Shown here piece by piece: positions 58,500 through 64,000 of a stretch of DNA of 64,000 bases. The position numbers were made by a program, and so were the translations under genes. Source of the stretch: Candidatus Syntropharchaeum caldarium (GTDB taxonomy: Archaea; Halobacteriota; Syntropharchaeia; Syntropharchaeales; Syntropharchaeaceae); the NCBI GenBank assembly GCA_001766815.1, contig LYOS01000002.1:39777-103776 (forward strand). The letters run 5' to 3'. Each line of letters begins with the position of its first letter. Within the stretch, counting starts at the first letter, position 1. Below the pieces are notes generated by a model that had not been told where the DNA came from, did no database searches, and saw nothing but the letters and a program-made list of their open reading frames with translations.

Positions 58500-60125
58500 A
58501 TGAGCAAGAGAAGAAGCAGTCGTGTCCTATCCGGGATTGAACGAGCACCACATCGAGCGTTGTTCAGAGCGGTTGGGCTTGGTGAAGCAGATTTTAAGAA
58601 ACCACTTGTTGCGATCGCAAACTCATACAACGAGATAGTGCCAGGGCATATCCACCTCAACGAGCTTGCAAAGTTTGTAAAAGAAGGTGTGAGAGAAGCA
58701 GGGGGAGTTCCACTTGAGTTCAACACGATCGGTATATGTGATGGAATAGCGATGTCACACGAGGGCATGAAGTCATCACTCCCATCAAGAGAGATTATCG
58801 CAGACTCTGTTGAGCTTATGTTGAATGCTCATGCCTTTGATGCCGTGGTTGCGATCGCATCATGTGATAAGATCGTGCCAGGGATGCTGATGGCACTTGC
58901 ACGCTGCAACATTCCATCAATCATGTTAACAGGTGGTGCGATGCTCCCGGGTGTTCTTGACGGGAAGAACTGCGACCTTGCCGATGTCTTTGAGGCCGTT
59001 GCACCCGTGAAGACTGGATCAGCAGATTCTGAGAAGATCGATAGACTTGAGCAAATTGCATGCCCTGGTGCTGGATCATGTGCAGGGATGTTCACGGCAA
59101 ATACGATGCAGTGCCTCACCGAGGCGATGGGGATGTCACTTCCAGGCTCTGCGACCGTGCCTGCTGTATCTGGAGAGAAACGTGCGATCGCAAAGGCGAC
59201 AGGAGTGAAGGTGATTGAACTTCTTGAGAAAGGTATAACACCTGAGAAGATCATAACACCCCAATCGATTGATAATGCCATCACCGTTGATCTGGCACTT
59301 GGCGGTTCAACAAACTCGGTACTTCACATAATGGCGATTGCCAATGAAGCAGGGGTTGAGCTTGAGATTGAGCGCTTCGATGAGTTATCGAGGCGTGTAC
59401 CTCATCTGTGCAATATGTCACCTGCAGGCGATCACATGATTGTGGATCTGGATGAGGCTGGGGGAATTCCTGCGCTTATGAACGAACTGAGAGATCTTTT
59501 GAACCTTGATGTCATGACTGCATCTGGCATGGTACTGGAGGATGCAATAAAGGGTGCTGCTGTTACAAGGCGTGATGTAATCCGCACTGTATCGGATCCG
59601 TACCATCCAGAGGGGGGGCTTGCGATCTTAAAAGGCAGTCTTGCACCTGATGGATCTGTCATCAAGCAGTCTGCGGTATCTGAAGCGATGCAGATACACA
59701 GCGGGCCTGCACGGGTCTTTGACTCGGAGGAGGAGGCAGCAGATGCGATATATGGTGGTAAGATCGAGAACGGTGACGTGATCGTGATACGATACGAAGG
59801 AGCGAAAGGAGGGCCTGGTATGCGTGAGATGCTTGGACCCACTGCCGCAATCACAGGGATGGGGCTTGATCGGGTTGTGCTCATCACGGATGGGAGGTTT
59901 TCAGGTGCAACCCGTGGTCCGTGTATCGGTCATGTGATGCCCGAGGCAGCGGTGGGCGGTACGATCGCGCTTGTGAAGGATGGAGATACAATCAGTATCA
60001 ATATACCCGAGAGAAGGGTTGATATTGAGGTTGATGAGGAGGAACTTTCACGCCGCAGGGCGGAGTGGAGGGCGCCACCACCGAAAGTTAAGAAGGGAGC
60101 ACTACTCAGGTTTGCAAAGGGATAA
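58500..60125 (+). CDS. ilvD: dihydroxy-acid dehydratase
   Basis: '[13 protein letters not shown]', 'CDKIVPGM', '[14 protein letters not shown]', 'TDGRFSGAT' signatures. Track start 58491 is GTG; ATG 58500 follows AGGTG by 6 nt. Confidence 0.95.
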   Translation: MSKRRSSRVLSGIERAPHRALFRAVGLGEADFKKPLVAIANSYNEIVPGHIHLNELAKFVKEGVREAGGVPLEFNTIGICDGIAMSHEGMKSSLPSREIIADSVELMLNAHAFDAVVAIASCDKIVPGMLMALARCNIPSIMLTGGAMLPGVLDGKNCDLADVFEAVAPVKTGSADSEKIDRLEQIACPGAGSCAGMFTANTMQCLTEAMGMSLPGSATVPAVSGEKRAIAKATGVKVIELLEKGITPEKIITPQSIDNAITVDLALGGSTNSVLHIMAIANEAGVELEIERFDELSRRVPHLCNMSPAGDHMIVDLDEAGGIPALMNELRDLLNLDVMTASGMVLEDAIKGAAVTRRDVIRTVSDPYHPEGGLAILKGSLAPDGSVIKQSAVSEAMQIHSGPARVFDSEEEAADAIYGGKIENGDVIVIRYEGAKGGPGMREMLGPTAAITGMGLDRVVLITDGRFSGATRGPCIGHVMPEAAVGGTIALVKDGDTISINIPERRVDIEVDEEELSRRRAEWRAPPPKVKKGALLRFAKG

Positions 60126-60205
60126 GTTTAATCCCATAGATTCTTATCAGTATTCGAGGATAATTATATTAAGATAACCGAAGTATATTGATGTAGAATC
60201 ATTTA

Positions 60206-60967
60206 ATGAATGATGGAGGGGTTAGCATAACACTGGAACGGGTAGCTACCGGAATTATGGGACTGGACGAGTTGATTGGTGGCGGTTTTCCCGCAAAGAC
60301 CGTAAATCTTATTTCAGCACCTTCAGGTAGTGGAAAGACACTCTTTGCCATGCAGTATATATACAATGGTGCGAAGGATCATGGAGATGTTGGAATCTTT
60401 ATCACGACAGAGGAAGGCTATGGCAGCATACAGCGGGCAATGAGTGCATTTGGAATGGATATCACCAGATACGAAAACGAAGGTAAACTTTTCATCTTCG
60501 ATATCGCAGAACTGAGGAAAGAGATTGGTATCTCTAAATCCGAAAGACAGATAATGACGTTTGAGGCATTGCAGGATGCACTGGCGGGGATATTGAAGTA
60601 CACCCGAGCAAAAAGACTCGCTCTTGACTCACTTGTGGGAATAGGACTTGCGTACCATTCTAACACCAGTCTGCGTGAAGATATCTTCAGGTTCAGCTGG
60701 TATCTTCGCGATATGAATCTAACATCACTTTTGACGACCGAGTCTGTTGAAGGCGTAGCAGGACTTACAAGATATGGGGTCGAACAGTTCATCTCAGACT
60801 CACTCATTGTTCTCGGGCTTGAGGATAACAACGGCGAACTCGTGCGAACGATCAGGGTGAGAAAGATGCGTTTTACAGCGCATGATCGTGGAAAACACCC
60901 GTTCCTCTTCACTTCAAAGGGTATAGAGGTCTCACCCGGAGAGAAGATTTTTTTAGTTCATGGATGA
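60206..60967 (+). CDS. single-domain KaiC/RecA-superfamily ATPase
   Basis: 'TGIMGLDELIGGGFPAKTVNLISAPSGSGKTLFAMQYI' (intact Walker A), Walker B 'RLALDSL'. Confidence 0.75.
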   Translation: MNDGGVSITLERVATGIMGLDELIGGGFPAKTVNLISAPSGSGKTLFAMQYIYNGAKDHGDVGIFITTEEGYGSIQRAMSAFGMDITRYENEGKLFIFDIAELRKEIGISKSERQIMTFEALQDALAGILKYTRAKRLALDSLVGIGLAYHSNTSLREDIFRFSWYLRDMNLTSLLTTESVEGVAGLTRYGVEQFISDSLIVLGLEDNNGELVRTIRVRKMRFTAHDRGKHPFLFTSKGIEVSPGEKIFLVHG

Positions 60968-62501
60968 AGCCGTAGCAATATCGTCTCGATTGCTGGAAGG
61001 AGTGATAAGAGAGATTGGTCTGATCATCGGTTCAGACCCGATCAGAATGTTGATCTCGCGCCTATCCAGGGATGAAGAGGTTCTGAAATCACTTGAAGTT
61101 GGAGATAATTTCAGTGTGTGTTTTGCTGGTCTCAATAACTCAGATATCGATTCCGGGCAAACATTGAATGCACTGAAAATACTCATGGATCACCTCGTAG
61201 ATTTTTCAGCGAATATTTTTGGTGATGAAGCTTCAGAAAGGATGATGGCTCGTGCACTGGAACCCTTTGATCAGGAGATTGCACGAATGTGCGAACTCAA
61301 TCTTGCAGCGTTTCTCCCTCGCATTGTTGATACTGAAATACACGAGAAGAAGCGGGGTGTGGCTGCAATAATTGACAAAAACAGGATTGAACAGGTTCTT
61401 GTGATATTTGAAGATATTTTATCTGCTTATCTGGAAGATGCGAGTGCCATCGGCTTGATTGAGCTCTACAGACGAAAGATAAGTTCACTACCACCCATCA
61501 ACTCCATATCTTCACCAATAGTGATTACAGATGATGGTAGTGTAAGCCTCTCCAGACTTAATAATGCTGATCTGGATGTGAGACTGCTGGTTGATGAACT
61601 CGCATCGATATCCGACTCATTTATCGATACCGCATCTTTTCTAATCGGAAAAAAAGAGGCACTAAGTCGCGCAGAAAACAGTATAAACCCGGTCCTTGCA
61701 AGATTTCAGCCTTTAACCGATGAACTCGGGATAACAGATAAAATTCTAAAAGGTAATCTTGCAAGACGAATCTCAACAGGTGTGAACGGTTTTGATGAGA
61801 TTATTGAAGGAGGTTTCCCACGATCAGGCTCGATTCTTCTGCAGGGACCACCGGGCATTGAGAAAGACGCTTTCATCAACGCATTCCTGAGATCAGGACT
61901 TTCAAAGGGTTATGCTGCGATGGCGGTTCTTTCAAAGTACACGCCAGCAGACCTCAGGATTCAGATGCGAGATACTGGAATTGATTTGATCAAGTACGAG
62001 GATGAAAATGTATTTGGCATGGTTGACTGGAACGCATGGCGCGGGGAAAACGTGAACGGGGTTGAGGAGGGAGATCGGAGTTCGGTTCTTCGATCATCAA
62101 GGGATCTTTCGTATCTGAGTATAGCTATAAACAAGGTACTTGCCAATCTTGATGAAGTTCCGACACGGCTCGCAGTCATTGATATACTCTCACCTGCCAT
62201 AAATGACTTTGATTTTGAGACGGTTTACGATTTTACCCAATCACTCAGGATAAAATTCAAGAAAGAGGATGTTACAGCTTTATTTTTGATAGATAATGAG
62301 ATGCATGATGGTAAATCACTATCTGCGATTCAGGAGATCTTCGATGGAGTGATCGAGATCGAGCGTCAACGGGTAGATGATCAGATCATAAGAAAGATCG
62401 GTGTGATACACATGGATAGAACATACTTTGATTCAAAATATAAGACGCTTAAACTCTCAAGGGAAGGTATTAAAGTTGTATCAGAGGAGGAATCGTTATG
62501 A
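60960..62501 (+). CDS. KaiC-like protein with degenerate P-loop and about 270-aa N-terminal domain of unknown function
   Basis: C-terminal 'STGVNGFDEIIEGGFPRSGSILLQGPPGIEKDAF', where GIEKD replaces G.GK[ST]. 8-nt overlap with the upstream KaiC-like gene. Confidence 0.55.
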   Translation: MDEAVAISSRLLEGVIREIGLIIGSDPIRMLISRLSRDEEVLKSLEVGDNFSVCFAGLNNSDIDSGQTLNALKILMDHLVDFSANIFGDEASERMMARALEPFDQEIARMCELNLAAFLPRIVDTEIHEKKRGVAAIIDKNRIEQVLVIFEDILSAYLEDASAIGLIELYRRKISSLPPINSISSPIVITDDGSVSLSRLNNADLDVRLLVDELASISDSFIDTASFLIGKKEALSRAENSINPVLARFQPLTDELGITDKILKGNLARRISTGVNGFDEIIEGGFPRSGSILLQGPPGIEKDAFINAFLRSGLSKGYAAMAVLSKYTPADLRIQMRDTGIDLIKYEDENVFGMVDWNAWRGENVNGVEEGDRSSVLRSSRDLSYLSIAINKVLANLDEVPTRLAVIDILSPAINDFDFETVYDFTQSLRIKFKKEDVTALFLIDNEMHDGKSLSAIQEIFDGVIEIERQRVDDQIIRKIGVIHMDRTYFDSKYKTLKLSREGIKVVSEEESL

Positions 62502-62806
62502 ACGGAATTGAGATGTCTTTTGACCTTTTAAAGACAGTGGCTGCGTTTGCCCTCTTTGTCTATACGATCAGGATGGCGGGTAGTGTCAGGCGTGGAACAA
62601 CCGCATGGGTCTTCTTCGCAATGATGGGTGCGTTCTTTGTATTTGCAAGGATATACGACTGGATAGGACTTATCGCACCGATCGTGGCAGGGACGGTCCC
62701 AGCATGGGAGATGATGTTCACTCTCTCAGAGGAACTGAGCAATCTATTTGCGATCTTCTGCGGGATGATGGGCGTGAAAGAGCTGTATGATGTTATGGTG
62801 AGGTGA
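62498..62806 (+). CDS. small three-TM membrane protein
   Basis: ATGA overlap with the upstream gene; GAGGAGG upstream. 102 aa. Confidence 0.4.
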   Translation: MNGIEMSFDLLKTVAAFALFVYTIRMAGSVRRGTTAWVFFAMMGAFFVFARIYDWIGLIAPIVAGTVPAWEMMFTLSEELSNLFAIFCGMMGVKELYDVMVR

Positions 62807-62811
62807 GCGTG

Positions 62812-63138
62812 ATGAACGAGATTGTGACATTTGTGGTGCTACAGGAAGTTATGAATGGTCTCACCTTTGTTACGGTGATGCTTGCAGGAAGTTTGGCTCT
62901 CATGGCTGCGATGCTTGCAACGATCACATACAGCGTGCTCAAAGGTGGAACGATCGCATGGATGTATCTGATGCTTGGGTTCTGGATGTTTCTTGTATCA
63001 TTCATTTTGAGGCTCTTTGGGGATGCATGGGTAACTATGGGAATTGCAACCGATATCTCTTACCTCTTTGGGCTTGCAATGATGATCGCGGGCTTCAAAG
63101 AGCTATCAGGTATCTACGTTGATTACCAGCAGACTTAA
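62812..63138 (+). CDS. small three-TM membrane protein (similar layout to the preceding one)
   Basis: ATG 62812 follows GGTGAGGTGA by 5 nt (track GTG start 62803 also possible). Both small proteins end with '...MMG/IAGxKEL...'. Confidence 0.4.
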   Translation: MNEIVTFVVLQEVMNGLTFVTVMLAGSLALMAAMLATITYSVLKGGTIAWMYLMLGFWMFLVSFILRLFGDAWVTMGIATDISYLFGLAMMIAGFKELSGIYVDYQQT

Positions 63139-63187
63139 ATATGGTTGGATGATTCTAAGGCATAAAGAGATAGGGTAAGGTGAAGGT

Positions 63188-63376
63188 ATGCCGACGTTTC
63201 AGGTAAAGGGTGTATTCAAGATGGGTAGCAGAAATAACCGATTTACAAAGGTAATCGAGAGTAACAACGAGAAAAATGCGATCGAGAAGGTTTACTCGCT
63301 TCTTGGTAGTGAGCAGCGATTGAAGCGAAGAAACATCAAAATAAAAGAGGTGATGGCGTATGGCAACGAATATTGA
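63188..63376 (+). CDS. rplX: large-subunit ribosomal protein LX (L18Ae/eL20 family)
   Basis: 'FQVKGVFKMGSRNNRFTKVIESNNEKNAIEKVYSLLGSEQRLKRRNIKIKEV' matches the archaeal LX pattern. Conserved LX-pfdA-ftsY order. Confidence 0.75.
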   Translation: MPTFQVKGVFKMGSRNNRFTKVIESNNEKNAIEKVYSLLGSEQRLKRRNIKIKEVMAYGNEY

Positions 63377-63794
63377 TAAAGAAACTGTTCAGGGAATGAT
63401 TATCAAGCACAGACAGCTCCAGCTTCAGGCTGAGAGCTACACGCAACAGATCGGTGTAATCCAGGCATCACTGGAAGAGCACGAAAAAGCCCTTACAACC
63501 ATGAAAGCACTCGAGAATATAGAGGAGGGTGGAGAACTGCTTGTATCTATTGGTGCTGGTACTGCCATATATGCAACGCTTGATAGAAAGGATAAAGTTA
63601 TCGTCTCGTTCGGGGGTGGGGTGAGCGCTGAAAAGGATCTTAAAAGCGCAATCGATATTGTTACAAAACGTCAGAAAGATCTTTTGGAGACCCAGAAACG
63701 GCTTGCAGAGGCGGTTTCAGGTGTTGAAGCAGAAATACAGAAACTTGAGCAGAATCTTCAGGTGGTTGCAGCACAGATGGAACACAAAGGATAA
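63360..63794 (+). CDS. pfdA: prefoldin alpha subunit
   Basis: Coiled coil, beta hairpins ('LVSIGAGTAIYATL...KVIVSFGGGVSAE'), coiled coil. Confidence 0.85.
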   Translation: MATNIDKETVQGMIIKHRQLQLQAESYTQQIGVIQASLEEHEKALTTMKALENIEEGGELLVSIGAGTAIYATLDRKDKVIVSFGGGVSAEKDLKSAIDIVTKRQKDLLETQKRLAEAVSGVEAEIQKLEQNLQVVAAQMEHKG

Positions 63795-63797
63795 TCA

Positions 63798-64000
63798 ATG
63801 TTTGGAAAGTTAAAAGAAAAGCTTACAAATTTTAAAAAGAACGTAAGCTCAACGATAAAAGAGAAACTCACGAAAGAAGAGAAGATCACGAAAGAAGAGA
63901 AGATTATTGAGGCAGAGCCACCCACACAGAAGGTAGAAGAGGAAAAGAAAAGTATTGGAGAGAAGATAAAGTCACTTGTCGTTGAGCGAGAGGTTACAAT
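63798..64000 (+). CDS. ftsY: signal recognition particle receptor FtsY, N-terminal part (3' end outside window)
   Basis: Not in the ORF track because there is no stop in the window. 'MFGKLKEKLTNFKKNVSSTIKEKL...' plus a Lys/Glu-rich A-region, in the conserved position after pfdA. Confidence 0.6.
   Translation, partial: MFGKLKEKLTNFKKNVSSTIKEKLTKEEKITKEEKIIEAEPPTQKVEEEKKSIGEKIKSLVVEREVT

Overview
This window is an archaeal chromosomal segment that is almost fully coding. GC looks mid-40s % by eye and was not computed. Gene content suggests a mesophilic Methanosarcinales / ANME-2-like methane-metabolising archaeon; this is inference, as no rRNA is present.

- **1-28.4 kb, housekeeping:** RNA polymerase subunit L, exosome Csl4, RNase HII, a polyprenyl synthase, MoaB, SepF, tungsten-type aldehyde:ferredoxin oxidoreductase, an aroD-aminotransferase-lrp-asd operon and the thermosome. 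Also a bacterial-type (class II) HMG-CoA reductase, geranylgeranyl reductase with its ferredoxin, and an initiator tRNA-Met.
- **29.6-31.7 kb, small accessory islet:** a decayed HicA-like gene, an RHH+PIN toxin-antitoxin pair, a truncated DUF1648/SdpI-like gene, and three copies of a structured 70-125-nt repeat.
- **34.6-52.8 kb, the most interesting region:** one operon encodes homologues of the non-MCR subunits of the ATP-driven methyl-coenzyme M reductase activation complex (McrC-like, Mmp7-like, Mmp17-like, a short Mmp3-like protein and component A2), plus a second A2 paralogue.
  - Two divergently oriented paralogous multihaem cytochrome genes bracket this operon.
  - Next come a 2300-aa secreted multihaem cytochrome (17 CxxCH plus 3 atypical motifs, lectin-like domains, TSP3 repeats, PGF-CTERM anchor) and a two-gene dockerin/cohesin operon.
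- **53-64 kb:** AcdB-like protein, PRC-barrel protein, Cdc48, an HTH-fused orphan DNA methyltransferase, MoaA and IlvD. Then a four-gene KaiC-like ATPase / pseudo-ATPase / membrane-protein operon, and the conserved LX-prefoldin alpha-FtsY cluster.

No CRISPR array, rRNA, transposase or integrase was seen. All family assignments are from motif recognition by eye, not database searches.
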